A DNA stretch of 64,000 bases, from positions 430,469 through 494,468 of the forward strand of contig CAWCWS010000004.1 in assembly GCA_963799325.1 (NCBI GenBank). The letters are read 5' to 3'. Positions 46,563 through 56,514 of this stretch are shown piece after piece. Position numbers and translations under genes: made by a program. The notes under the pieces were generated by a model. The model did no database searches, was not told where the DNA came from, and saw only the letters and a list, made by a program, of their open reading frames with translations. This DNA comes from an uncultured Alphaproteobacteria bacterium. GTDB taxonomy: Bacteria; Pseudomonadota; Alphaproteobacteria; Rhizobiales; Rhizobiaceae. How positions within the stretch are numbered: position 1 is the first letter of the stretch; every line of letters begins with the position of its first letter.

Positions 46563-46943
46563 ATGACAAATCCACGTCGCATTCGTAGAATACTCATCGT
46601 TGACGACGATCCTCTCGACGGAACACTGGCCGAAAGCAGCATCCTTGCCGCGTCGGACATGACGGATATCCTCATCGTACAGGATAGTAAGGAGGCGTCA
46701 CAGCGGTTCCGGGAGTTCGATCCCGACCTGATGCTGATCGACATTCACATGCCGGACCTCGACGGTTTCGGTGTGCTGCAGGAGATTCAGGATTTTGCGC
46801 GTGAGAAGAAGCGCAGGATCATCATGCTGTCCGGCTCGACCCGGGTGATCGACCGGATGCGGGCCTATGAACTGGGCGCAGACGACTACAGGGTGAAACC
46901 ATCCTCGCTGGCCGAATATCGAACGATGGCCACCAGCCTGTAA
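46563..46943 (+). CDS. single-domain (CheY-like) response regulator
   Basis: M32 of ORF 46470..46943 gives MTNPRRIRRILIVDDDPLD... with LIDIHMPDLDG, MLSGS and RVKP. There is no output domain and no adjacent kinase. Confidence 0.8.
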   Translation: MTNPRRIRRILIVDDDPLDGTLAESSILAASDMTDILIVQDSKEASQRFREFDPDLMLIDIHMPDLDGFGVLQEIQDFAREKKRRIIMLSGSTRVIDRMRAYELGADDYRVKPSSLAEYRTMATSL

Positions 46944-46986
46944 GGGGTTGTGCCACAGCCGGGCATTCAGCTTGACGCCAAACGCA

Positions 46987-47026
46987 AAACGCCGCTCCGG
47001 TTTCCCGTGGCGGCGTTCTTCGTTTC
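46987..47026. terminator. bidirectional terminator hairpin between the response regulator and rpsO
   Basis: Stem AAACGCCGC / GCGGCGTT(C)T with a 14-nt loop. It has T-rich tails on both strands (CTTCGTTT on plus, TTTGCGTTT on minus). Confidence 0.5.
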
Positions 47027-47041
47027 AAATCAGGGGAAAGC

Positions 47042-47311
47042 CTAGCGGCGGATGCCGAGACGTTCGATCAGCGTCTTGTAGCGCTCCTCGTCCTTGCGGC
47101 GCGTGTAATCGAGCAGCGAGCGGCGGGTGGCGACCATTTTGAGAAGGCCACGACGGGAGTGGTTATCCTTCTTGTTGTCCTTGAAGTGACCGGTCAGGGC
47201 GTTGATGCGGTGGGTCAGGATCGCGACCTGAACTTCGGGCGAACCGGTGTCGCCGTCCTTGATCGCGTATTCCTTGATGAGTTCGGCTTTTTTCTCAGGG
47301 GTAATCGACAT
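47042..47311 (-). CDS. rpsO: 30S ribosomal protein S15
   Basis: M23 of ORF 47042..47377 gives [44 protein letters not shown]... (89 aa). Confidence 0.93.
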   Translation of the reverse strand: MSITPEKKAELIKEYAIKDGDTGSPEVQVAILTHRINALTGHFKDNKKDNHSRRGLLKMVATRRSLLDYTRRKDEERYKTLIERLGIRR

Positions 47312-47416
47312 GTCGTTTCTCCGGCACCGGACAATAAAAGACGCCTGCGAGCCGGGATGCCGTCCAGCGCGGGCCATGTGTGATGTGCATTGTGTGGATG
47401 CAGTGGGCGATATGCG

Positions 47417-47941
47417 TCAGCGCAACGGGAAAGGCAAGGGGTCGCGTATGACGCCGTCCAACAGTTCTTCGCTGAAGGGCGCGTCGGCCTCATGAAGATG
47501 AAGAATGCTCACGTCTCCCGTCGGCTCGAAGACGGCGGCGCGGACCAGAGAAATATCGGTGGCATTGGCCTCACGTAATTTGCTGAACAGGTCCGCACGG
47601 GTGACTTTCACGCGTTTGAGGTTGTCGTCCAATATCCGGCCATGCTCCATCAGCAGCACAGGCTCGTTGTCGACAAGTCGCTGCGGCCATTCCCAGTATG
47701 TCCGCAGGAGAGAGATGCAGGTCTGCACGGCGAATATTGCAGCCAAACCGCCCGCAAACACCCAGAAACTGGTGGAAACGCCAGTGATCGCTCCGGCCAG
47801 TATCGACCCCATCGCCACCGTAAGCGCGAAATCGAAACTCGACATTTTTGAAAACGAGCGCAGCCCGTTGATGCGTGTGAGCACGATAATGACCGCAACC
47901 GCAACCACCGCGCGCCAGACGATCTCCCATGCCGTTTCCAT
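47417..47941 (-). CDS. DUF421 (YetF-like) membrane protein
   Basis: M50 of ORF 47417..48088 gives METAWEIVWRAVVAVAVIIVLTRINGLRSFSKMSSFDFALTVAMGSILA... then ..VLLMEHGRILDDNLKRVKVTRADL. Confidence 0.65.
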   Translation of the reverse strand: METAWEIVWRAVVAVAVIIVLTRINGLRSFSKMSSFDFALTVAMGSILAGAITGVSTSFWVFAGGLAAIFAVQTCISLLRTYWEWPQRLVDNEPVLLMEHGRILDDNLKRVKVTRADLFSKLREANATDISLVRAAVFEPTGDVSILHLHEADAPFSEELLDGVIRDPLPFPLR

Positions 47942-48005
47942 CTTTGCTCTCCCCGCCTGTGTTACCAACAGAAGGACAAGGCGCAGCAATGGTTCCGTGC
48001 AGGCT

Positions 48006-48833
48006 TCAGCGGCGTGTATTCTTACGCAGCCAGTCGTTCCATTCGGCACGGCTGCCGCGCCAGGCGTTGATGTCCACCGGGCCTTCAATGCCGGGCACCT
48101 TGCCGGTGCCGGTATATTGCCAGAACGTCCAGTCGCGGCCCGGATACTTGTATTTCGGCTCCGCCGTCACCGACCGCAACCAATACTGGTAACCGGGAAG
48201 CTGGCCGCCGGAGAGGTTCTCGTGATGGAAGTCGACGGTGGTGTAGATGATCGGCTTTTGCCGGTAATGGCGCTCGATGATCGTCAGCCAGGTTTGCAGG
48301 TCGGCGCGCACCTTTGCAGGCGCCGGGCGTGTCTTGCAGGACGGGCTTTTGGGGTTCCACTCCACGTCGAGAACCGGCGGCAGGGATTGCTGGTCCTTCT
48401 GGACATTGCGGATGTAATTGGCCGCCTGCGCTTCCGGCGAGGCGCAGAAATAATAGAAATGATAGGCCGACCGGGGAATGCCCGCAGCCTTTGCATCGCG
48501 CCAGAACTCACCGAAGCGCGGGTCGCTGTCGTCCTGGCCTTCGGTCACTTTCATGAAGGCGAAGGCGATGCCTTCTTGCTTGATACGGGGCCAGTCGATG
48601 CCTCTGTTGTGGCGCGAAATATCGATTCCGTGGACGGCGAAATCAGCCGGCTGGCGGCCCTGTATCTTCACCGCATCAAAGTCGCCGTATTTCAGGTGAC
48701 GCGTGTGCGAAACACGGTCGGCCCCAGGCGGTGGCGGAGCGGTGAGTGCGAGCGTGCTTTCCACCGTCTGCTCGCTCGCCGTGCAAGCGGTGAGAGCGGT
48801 GGCGACGGCGATAAGGGCAAGGGTGCGGAGCAT
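48006..48833 (-). CDS. glycoside hydrolase family 25 (lysozyme/muramidase), lipoprotein
   Basis: 275 aa with a lipobox LTAC. GH25 blocks are HGIDISRHNRGIDW, FAFMKVTEG, SAYHFY and PPVLDVEW. Confidence 0.8.
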   Translation of the reverse strand: MLRTLALIAVATALTACTASEQTVESTLALTAPPPPGADRVSHTRHLKYGDFDAVKIQGRQPADFAVHGIDISRHNRGIDWPRIKQEGIAFAFMKVTEGQDDSDPRFGEFWRDAKAAGIPRSAYHFYYFCASPEAQAANYIRNVQKDQQSLPPVLDVEWNPKSPSCKTRPAPAKVRADLQTWLTIIERHYRQKPIIYTTVDFHHENLSGGQLPGYQYWLRSVTAEPKYKYPGRDWTFWQYTGTGKVPGIEGPVDINAWRGSRAEWNDWLRKNTRR

Positions 48834-48878
48834 AAAACGATCGTTGGGCGTGTTTGGTTAAAGGCCGGTTAAGAGGCT

Positions 48879-49634
48879 CTACGGAGTGGGCAATCCGAGC
48901 GCCTTGCGGCCCTCTTCGGTCTTGAGCGAAAAGTCCTGCCCGAGATAGGTATCGGCTTTAGCCGTGGCGAGATAGGATACCGCCTGTGCCACCCATTCGG
49001 GCGGAATGTGGGCGTCCCAGTCGAGCTGGCTGACCGGATTGATGCCGCTCCCCTTGATGGAGACCTGCATGTCGGTGGCAACTGTGCCCGGCGACAATCC
49101 GATGGACCGGATATGCGGTCCCTCCTCTCTATGCACCTGTGCCGTCAGCATCTTCACCGCTGCCTTGGTGGCGCAGTAGTGGGACCATCCCTCCATCGGG
49201 TTGTTGGCCGCACCGGACGAAATATTGATGATCGTGCCGCCGCCATTCGCCTTCATCGCAGGCAGAGCATGGCGGATGCCGTAATAGACGCCCTTGAGGT
49301 TCACATCGACGATGGTGGACCACGCCTCGGGGTCGCTGTCTTCCAGCCGCGCAATGGGGTCGATGAGACCGGCATTGTTGACCAGCAGGTCGAGCGACCC
49401 GAACGTATCGACTGTCCGCTCGATGGCCGCTTTCATGGCGGAATTGTCGGCCACGTCGGCAGTGATGGCGATGGCTTTGCCGCCGGCTTCTTCGATTTCG
49501 GTCACGAGGTCTTTCAGCGCACCGTCACTGCGGGCGAGACAGGCGACGGACCAGCCTTCGGCAGCCAGATGGCGCGCGGTCGCCGCGCCAATACCCTTGC
49601 TGGCACCGGTGATGAGAGCGGATTTGCCGGTCAT
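48879..49634 (-). CDS. SDR-family oxidoreductase
   Basis: 251 aa with TGASKGIG, NNAG and the catalytic YCATKAA. Confidence 0.85.
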   Translation of the reverse strand: MTGKSALITGASKGIGAATARHLAAEGWSVACLARSDGALKDLVTEIEEAGGKAIAITADVADNSAMKAAIERTVDTFGSLDLLVNNAGLIDPIARLEDSDPEAWSTIVDVNLKGVYYGIRHALPAMKANGGGTIINISSGAANNPMEGWSHYCATKAAVKMLTAQVHREEGPHIRSIGLSPGTVATDMQVSIKGSGINPVSQLDWDAHIPPEWVAQAVSYLATAKADTYLGQDFSLKTEEGRKALGLPTP

Positions 49635-49646
49635 ACTTACAGTCTC

Positions 49647-50828
49647 CTAGCGCATCCGCTCCACGCACATCGCAACGCCCATGCCGCCGCCGATGCAGAG
49701 CGTGGCGAGACCCTTGTCGGCTTCACGCGCGGCCATTTCGTGCAGCAATGTCGTCAGGATACGCGCGCCGGAAGCGCCGATCGGGTGGCCGATAGCGATG
49801 GCACCGCCGTTCACATTCACCTTCCCGGTGTCCCAGCCCATCTCCTTGTTCACCGCGCAGGCCTGCGCGGCAAAGGCTTCGTTGGCCTCGATCAAGTCGA
49901 GGTCGGAGGCTTTCCACCCGGCCCGCTCCAGCGCGCGGCGGGAGGCCGGGATGGGGCCGGTGCCCATGACCTTTGGATCGACGCCAGCGGTCGCGCGGGA
50001 CACGATTCGCGCCATCGGCGTGATGCCGCGCTTTTCCGCATCCGAAAGGCGCATCAGCACGAGCGCGGCTGCACCATCGTTGATGCCGGAAGCATTGGCG
50101 GCGGTGACGGAGCCTTCCTTGTCGAAAGCCGGACGCAGTTTCTCCATCGCCTCCATCGTCGCCCCGTGGCGGATATATTCGTCGGCATCGACCACCGTAT
50201 CGCCCTTACGGCCCTTGATCGTGACCGGCACGATCTGCCCTTCGAAACGGCCCGCCTTCTGGGCTGCTTCCGCCTTGTTTTGCGAACCCACGGCAAACGC
50301 GTCCTGCGCCGCGCGGTCGATCTGGAATTCGCGCGCCACGTTCTCGGCGGTCATGCCCATATGGTAGCCATTGAAAGCGTCCCACAGCCCGTCGCGAATC
50401 ATGGTGTCGATCATCTGAAAATCGCCCATTCGGATGCCGTCACGGAAGTGCTGGCAATGGGGCGAAAGGCTCATGCTCTCCTGCCCGCCCGCGACCACCA
50501 CATCAGCGTCACCCAATTCGATCTGCTGCATGCCGATGGCGACCGCGCGCAGGCCGGAGCCGCAGACCTGGTTGAGCGACCATGCGGAGGCTTCCTTCGG
50601 CACACCGGCGTTGATGCTGGCCTGCCGCGCCGGGTTCTGCCCTTGTCCGGCCGTCAGCACCTGCCCGAGAATGACTTCATCCACATCGGACGCCGAAACG
50701 CCCGCCCGCTCCAGCGCCGCTACGATGGCAATGCGCCCCAGTTCATGGGCCGGGACGCTCGAAAGCGCGCCGTTGAAAGATCCAACGGGTGTGCGGACGG
50801 CGGAGACGATGACGACTGGATCGGACAT
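49647..50828 (-). CDS. acetyl-CoA C-acetyltransferase (thiolase II)
   Basis: The start is taken at [18 protein letters not shown]. Motifs are the active-site [35 protein letters not shown] and CIGGGMG. Confidence 0.9.
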   Translation of the reverse strand: MSDPVVIVSAVRTPVGSFNGALSSVPAHELGRIAIVAALERAGVSASDVDEVILGQVLTAGQGQNPARQASINAGVPKEASAWSLNQVCGSGLRAVAIGMQQIELGDADVVVAGGQESMSLSPHCQHFRDGIRMGDFQMIDTMIRDGLWDAFNGYHMGMTAENVAREFQIDRAAQDAFAVGSQNKAEAAQKAGRFEGQIVPVTIKGRKGDTVVDADEYIRHGATMEAMEKLRPAFDKEGSVTAANASGINDGAAALVLMRLSDAEKRGITPMARIVSRATAGVDPKVMGTGPIPASRRALERAGWKASDLDLIEANEAFAAQACAVNKEMGWDTGKVNVNGGAIAIGHPIGASGARILTTLLHEMAAREADKGLATLCIGGGMGVAMCVERMR

Positions 50829-50839
50829 GATTATTTTCC

Positions 50840-51991
50840 TCAATGTGCGGCTGATTTCAGCGCAGCGGCAGCCCGTGTATAGCCTCCCTGTGCGCCATCG
50901 ACAAAGTGCACGTGATCGTCCGTCATTACGGAGGGCACGATGCAGGTCATGATCGCGCTGTCCTGTTCGAGCAGGGCATAGCGCAACAGACCGGAGTTCT
51001 GCGCGGCTTCGAGAATGCTCTCCAATTTCTGGCGGACATGGGGCGGGCAGTCGAGGGTCATTTTAAGCCCGTCATCGAACTTGCGGAAGTCGGCATTGGC
51101 ACCGGTCGTGCGGGTGTAATGGCGGGCATCGAAACCGCCCGCTTTCATACCGGTCTTGTAAAAGACCCAGGCGATGAAGGTTTCGGCCAGCAGTTGCGCC
51201 TTGCGTTTGGCGAGGGACATCGTGTGTTTGGGGCCGATACGGGTGGCGCGGGCCTCCAGTTCGAGCCCGGCCGGCACCCATTGATAGCCGGGGCCTTCCG
51301 GCGGCACCGGGGTGCCGTGGCGGTCGAGGCCGTCTGTCAGATGGACCACCTCGCGTATCGCCGCACGGGTTGCCGCGTCCTCGCGTTCCGGCACAACGAG
51401 AAGGGTGAGAATGTGGCCGGTGCTGGATTTCATCGGGGTCCAGCGGCAGGACAGGCCGGTGAGGTCCGGCGCGGTGCCGGGCGGGGCGGCTTCGATGAGA
51501 TTCTCCCCGGCCTTCATCCGCTCCTCCGCCCATGCAACACCACCACCGCCGAACATGGCATAGACCGCCTGCGGTGCTGCACGATGACGGGCGACCCGTA
51601 CATCGTGCCCCGCCTGCCGTATGGTGCGGACCGGCACCAGAGACGCGCGCAACTCGAAGCCGAACTCGTCCAGCGCCCACCGCTTGGTGGACGCAAGCGC
51701 CTCGCGGGCGACATCCGCGCGGCTTTCCGGCACGGCGAAGGCCGCCCCGTCACCACCGAAGACATAGGGCAGCACCAGACCGTCATGGACATTGATCTGC
51801 GAGGAAATGACGGCAGCGCCCACGGTATTGACCACCTTGTAACGCCCGGAATCGATGGCCGCAGTGGACCCCTCGATATCCGCCATGCCGACCACCCAGT
51901 CGTCGGGCAAGGAACGGTATGTATCAGGATCGGCCAGCATCTCGAAGGTCTCGACGACATCAAGGTCGGCGTAGAATGTGTCGGTCGTCAT
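50840..51991 (-). CDS. DUF3095 family protein
   Basis: M51 of ORF 50840..52141 gives a 383-aa protein beginning [16 protein letters not shown].. The N-terminal third carries [14 protein letters not shown] and [12 protein letters not shown]. Confidence 0.7.
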   Translation of the reverse strand: MTTDTFYADLDVVETFEMLADPDTYRSLPDDWVVGMADIEGSTAAIDSGRYKVVNTVGAAVISSQINVHDGLVLPYVFGGDGAAFAVPESRADVAREALASTKRWALDEFGFELRASLVPVRTIRQAGHDVRVARHRAAPQAVYAMFGGGGVAWAEERMKAGENLIEAAPPGTAPDLTGLSCRWTPMKSSTGHILTLLVVPEREDAATRAAIREVVHLTDGLDRHGTPVPPEGPGYQWVPAGLELEARATRIGPKHTMSLAKRKAQLLAETFIAWVFYKTGMKAGGFDARHYTRTTGANADFRKFDDGLKMTLDCPPHVRQKLESILEAAQNSGLLRYALLEQDSAIMTCIVPSVMTDDHVHFVDGAQGGYTRAAAALKSAAH

Positions 51992-52110
51992 GGCTGGTGG
52001 TTCTCCGTTCGCACCGGTATCGGGGGCCACGCAGAACGTTGCGTTGCCGGTACCAACCCCCAGTGTGGGGCTTCGTTGCCATAATGCTAGGTAACGGACG
52101 GAAGGGTGCA

Positions 52111-52126
52111 TGTGCGAAAACGCACT
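52111..52126. promoter_or_regulatory. palindromic candidate CRP/FNR-type operator in the divergent DUF3095 / cNMP-operon promoter region
   Basis: TGTGCGAAAACGCACT contains the perfect palindrome GTGCG-AAAA-CGCAC and has TGTG-N8-CAC spacing like CRP-family sites. Confidence 0.25.
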
Positions 52127-52182
52127 TGTGTCGCGGTTCACTTGCCTTATCGTCGCGCAGGCACGCGGAAGCGTGATGTTGC

Positions 52183-55115
52183 GTGGGCACGGGGAGTGCC
52201 GCCCGACGGTTGAGCAATACGAACGGGGGCAGGCTTCAGTTGGCGGCGGACACGACCACCGAAGAGATATCCGGCAGCGACAACCGGACAGACGCGCGTG
52301 GCACAGATTCTTCGTCCCGCCGAAAAGACCCGTTCAAGGACCAGAACCGCCCGCTCGACGTGCGGCTCATGCGCTATATCTGGACGCATACAAAGGCCGA
52401 GCAGTTGTGGATCGGCTTCGTCATCCTGCTGTCGATGCCGACCTTCTTCATGGCGCTGCAGCTGCCGGTGATGATCGTCAATCAGCCCATTCAGGGTGTC
52501 GGTTTCGAAGATGCTACAGCCACGCAGCCGTTTCTCGCCTTCGATCTTGGTTTGCCGGATTTTCTTGGCGGCGAAACCTATTTCAGTTTCGCCGGGTGGG
52601 ATCTTGAGAGGTGGCCATATCTCATCGCGCTGTCCTGCACGTTCCTGGCGCTGGTCTGCGTCAACGGACTCTTCAAGTTCTATATCAACACCTATAAAGG
52701 CCGCCTCGGTGAGCGGATGCTGCGGCGGATGCGCTATTCGCTGGTGGACCGGGTGCTGCGCTTTCCGATCAACCATTTCAAGCGGGTCAAGGGGTCGGAA
52801 GTCGCCTCGATGGTGAAGGACGAGGTCGAGCCCTTCGGCCTGTTCATAGGCGATGCCTTCGTGCAACCGCTCTATCTGGGCGGGCAGGCACTGGTGGCGT
52901 TCATCTTCATCATGACCCAGTCGTTCTGGCTCGGGCTCATAGCCGTGGGCGTGATCGCGGTGCAGGTGACGCTCATTCCCTACCTGCGCAAGCGCGTCAT
53001 CGAGCTGGGGCGCGAACGGCAATATACCGCGCGGCTGCTTTCGGGGCGGATCGGCGAGATCGTGGACGGGATAACCGCCGTTCATGTCAACGATACGTCG
53101 AACTATGAGCGGGCGGAAATCTCGAACCGGCTGGGGCAGATTTTCTTCATCCGCTACGAATTGTATCAGCGGAAATTCTTCATCAAGTTCATCAACAACT
53201 TCCTCGCCCAGCTGACCCCTTTCCTGTTCTACGTGGTGGGTGGATATTTCACCATCATCGGCTCGCTGAACGTGGGCCAATTGATCGGCGTCATCAACGC
53301 CTACAAGGACCTGCCCGCCCCCATCAACGGGCTGGTGATGTGGGACCAGCAGCGCATCGACATCAACGTGAAATACGCCCAGATCGTCGAGCAGTTCAAC
53401 ATCGCGGGTATTCAGGACGCACGATTGCAGGAGCCGACCACCGAGCCGGTGCCACCGGTGGAGGGCACGATACAGGTCAGCAATCTCAAGGTCATGGACG
53501 AGTCCGGCTCGGTGCAGGTCGAGGATGCAGATTTTGCGCTGCCGGTGGATGCCATCACCGCCGTCATCGGGCCTCTCGGCTCCGGCGCGGGGGCGGTCGC
53601 GGCCACGCTTGCCGGTCTCTATCAGCCGACATCGGGGCGCATGATGGTGGACAGCAAACCCCTCGTCGGCCTGCCACAGGCGGTGCGGGGGCGGCGCTTC
53701 GCTTATGCGGGCACCGAGTCCTACCTGCCTCAGTCCAGCCTGCTCGACGCGCTGCTCTACGTGAACAAGCATGCGCCGCTCAAACCGCTCGAAGAAGCCA
53801 AACGCGCCAAGCTGATGATCCACCCGCGCGCCCGTATCGAGACGGAGGCGGCGGGCAATACGACACTCGATTTCTACGCCGACTGGGTGGATTACGATGC
53901 GATGGGCATATCCGGCCCGGACGAGGTCTATCCGCGCATGCACGATGTGCTCAGCGCTCGTGGAGATGGACCAGGCCGTCTATGAACTGGCCATGCGCCA
54001 CCGCCTCGACCCGGCGGAAGACGGGGAGTTATGCGACAAGCTGTTGGAAGTGCGCCACGCCCTCAGCAAGCAGATCGCCGGGTCCAAGCTCGAAGAATAT
54101 GTCGAGGTCTGGGATTTCGATAAGTATAACGAACACGCCACGCTGGCCGAAAACCTGCTGTTCGGCACCGCGACGGATGACAACGATTTCTCCATCGACA
54201 AACTCGCCTCCAACCCGATCCTGCGCGACGTGCTTGAAGCGGAAGGGCTCGACGCGACCCTGTTCGAAATGGGCCAGGAACTGGCGGAGACGGCCATCGA
54301 ACTGTTCGCCGACCTGTCACCCGATAATCCGTTTTTCGAACAGTTGAACTTCATGTCGCCGGAACAACTGGAAGCCTATCCACCCATTCTCAACCGGGCA
54401 CGGGAGAAGGGTTTCGAAGGCGTCGGTTCCTTCGACCGCAACGCGCTGATGGAACTGCCCTTCGGCTATGTGGAAAGCCGCAACCGGCTGAAACTGATGG
54501 ACGAGGAGATCGAAAACCGCGTGCTGAAGGCGCGCAAGGCGTTTCACGAGCGGCTGCGGACCCACGGGGACGATGTCAGCGAAACGCTGGCCATCTACGA
54601 CGCCGATACGTTCAATCCGCACAACTCGGTACGTGACAACATCCTGTTCGGACGCGTCGCCCACGGCCATTCCAACGCCGCCGACGAGATCGATACGGCC
54701 ATCCGCGAATTGCTGCGCGAGCGCAGCATGGGGGAAGCCCTGTTCCGCATCGGGCTGGAATTCGACATCGGCACCGGCGGCAAGCGGCTTTCGGAAAACC
54801 AGCGCCAGCGGATCGCGCTGGCCCGCGCGCTGCTGAAAGGTGCCGACCTGCTGATCGTCAACCGCGGTCTCAACGCGGTGGACCAGCGGATGCAGGGCCG
54901 CATCATCAAACGGGTGCTGGCCCGTGCGCGGGGCGACGACCACGGCGGCACGAACGGTGCCCGGCGCTTCGGCGTGTTCTGGGTGCTGTCGTCACCCAAA
55001 TTCGTAACGAAGATTCGATAATGTTCTGTTCTTCGACCGCCAGCGGTTGGCGGCCGAGGGCGCACCGGAAGACCTGTTGCGTTCCAATGAAAAATTCGAG
55101 ACCTTCGTGTCTTAG
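52183..55115 (+). pseudogene. ABC-exporter-like protein (type I TMD plus degenerate, expanded NBD), two +1 frame switches; start uncertain
   Basis: The TMD has six predicted helices (LWIGFVILLSMPTFFMAL.. to ..FLFYVVGGYFTIIGSL). The NBD-like part has GPLGSGAGAV in place of Walker A, LSENQRQRIALARALL in place of LSGGQ, and LLIVNRGLNAVD in place of Walker B/D-loop. About 300 residues lie between the Q-loop and the signature. Pieces start at 52183 and 53897, and a last piece ends RFDNVLFFDRQRLAAEGAPEDLLRSNEKFETFVS-TAG at 55113-55115. Confidence 0.7.
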
Positions 55116-55138
55116 CACTGTCTTAGGAGTATGTGATC

Positions 55139-55606
55139 ATGAGTAAACTTCAGGACGAGGTGGATCTGCTGCGGTCGATCCCGGTGCTTGCCAACATGCC
55201 GGCCAACAAGCTGAAACTGCTGGCCTTCGCATCCGACAGGGTCAGCTACAGCGAGGGCGATGTGCTGTTCAATCAGGGAGACGACGCGGACGCCGCCTAT
55301 ATCGTGATCCGCGGGTCCGCAGATGTGCTGGTCAACACGGAGACCGGCTCCACCAAGGTGGCCGAACTGGGCGTCAACGCCTTCGTGGGCGACATGGCGA
55401 TCCTGTCCGACATGCCCCGCACCGCCACCGTGAAGGCCGCAGCGCCACTCGACACGTTGCGCATCCGCAAGGACCACATGCTGGACATGATGAAAGACTC
55501 CCCCGTGCTGGCGATGGCGGTATTGCGCGAACTGATCGACCGGTTGGCCAAGACCACCGCCGATCTGACCGAAGCGCGCAGCGAGATCGAACGGTTGAAG
55601 GCATGA
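55139..55606 (+). CDS. cyclic nucleotide-binding domain protein (stand-alone CNB domain plus short C-terminal helix)
   Basis: MSKLQDEVDLLRSIPVLANMP..GDVLFNQGDDADAAYIVIRGSADVLV..FVGDMAILSDMPRTATVKAA.. has the CAP-effector-domain pattern. AGGAG lies 9 nt upstream of ATG 55139. Confidence 0.85.
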   Translation: MSKLQDEVDLLRSIPVLANMPANKLKLLAFASDRVSYSEGDVLFNQGDDADAAYIVIRGSADVLVNTETGSTKVAELGVNAFVGDMAILSDMPRTATVKAAAPLDTLRIRKDHMLDMMKDSPVLAMAVLRELIDRLAKTTADLTEARSEIERLKA

Positions 55607-56514
55607 ATGCAGCAGCCGACATCGTAGGCGGATCGTCGGGTTCAGGTTCGGGGCGGGGCGGGTCGAAAACCTTCACCGCGCGTATCTGGGGCGCGCGCGG
55701 ATCGATGGCGGCGACGTCGGAAGACACGCAGAAATATGGCGGCAACACCGCCTGTGTGGAAGTCACCTGCGGGCAGCATACCCTTATTCTCGATGCCGGT
55801 TCCGGCCTGCGCCAGCTTGGCGACCGGCTGGTGGGAGACCATGCCCGGCTCGACGCACGGGGTATGGATCGCCCGCCGCTGAACCTGTTCTTCACCCATT
55901 GCCACTACGACCATATTTCCGGCCTGCCCTTCTTCGCCCCATTTTTCGATGAGGCGACCGAAATTCACATCTGGTCCGGCCATCTGGAGGGGCCGGACAA
56001 GACGGCGCGGATGATGGCGGACTACATGAAACCGCCATTCTTTCCGGTCGGACCGGAAGTCTTTCGCGCCGACATCACGCTGCACGATTTCGAGGCCGGG
56101 GATGAGTTGAAGCCTATGCCCGGGGTGCGGGTGTCGACGCTGGCATTGAACCATCATAACGGCTGTATCGGCTACCGGATCGATTTCGACGGCCGCTCCT
56201 TCTGCTACATCACCGACACGTCCCATATCGTGGGCGAACCGGATACGGGCATCGTGGAGATGTGCCGCGATACGGATTACATGGTCTACGATTCGACCTA
56301 TACGGACAACGAGTTCAACCGCTACAGCAGCTTTGGCCATTCGACCTGGCAGGAGGGATTGCGGCTGGCGCGGATGGCGGGGGCGAAACGCTACTGCCTG
56401 TTCCACCACCGCCCCAGCCGCTCCGACGTGGCGTTGGATGCCATCGTCGACGAGGCGCGCGAGACGTTTCCCGCAACCGACGCCGCCTATGAAGGGATGG
56501 TGGTCCGGCTGTGA
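55603..56514 (+). CDS. MBL-fold metallo-hydrolase
   Basis: 303 aa with FTHCHYDHISGLPFF (HxHxDH) and later His/Asp ligands (LNHHNG, ITDTS, LFHHRP). The start overlaps the CNB gene stop (ATGA). Confidence 0.85.
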   Translation: MNAAADIVGGSSGSGSGRGGSKTFTARIWGARGSMAATSEDTQKYGGNTACVEVTCGQHTLILDAGSGLRQLGDRLVGDHARLDARGMDRPPLNLFFTHCHYDHISGLPFFAPFFDEATEIHIWSGHLEGPDKTARMMADYMKPPFFPVGPEVFRADITLHDFEAGDELKPMPGVRVSTLALNHHNGCIGYRIDFDGRSFCYITDTSHIVGEPDTGIVEMCRDTDYMVYDSTYTDNEFNRYSSFGHSTWQEGLRLARMAGAKRYCLFHHRPSRSDVALDAIVDEARETFPATDAAYEGMVVRL

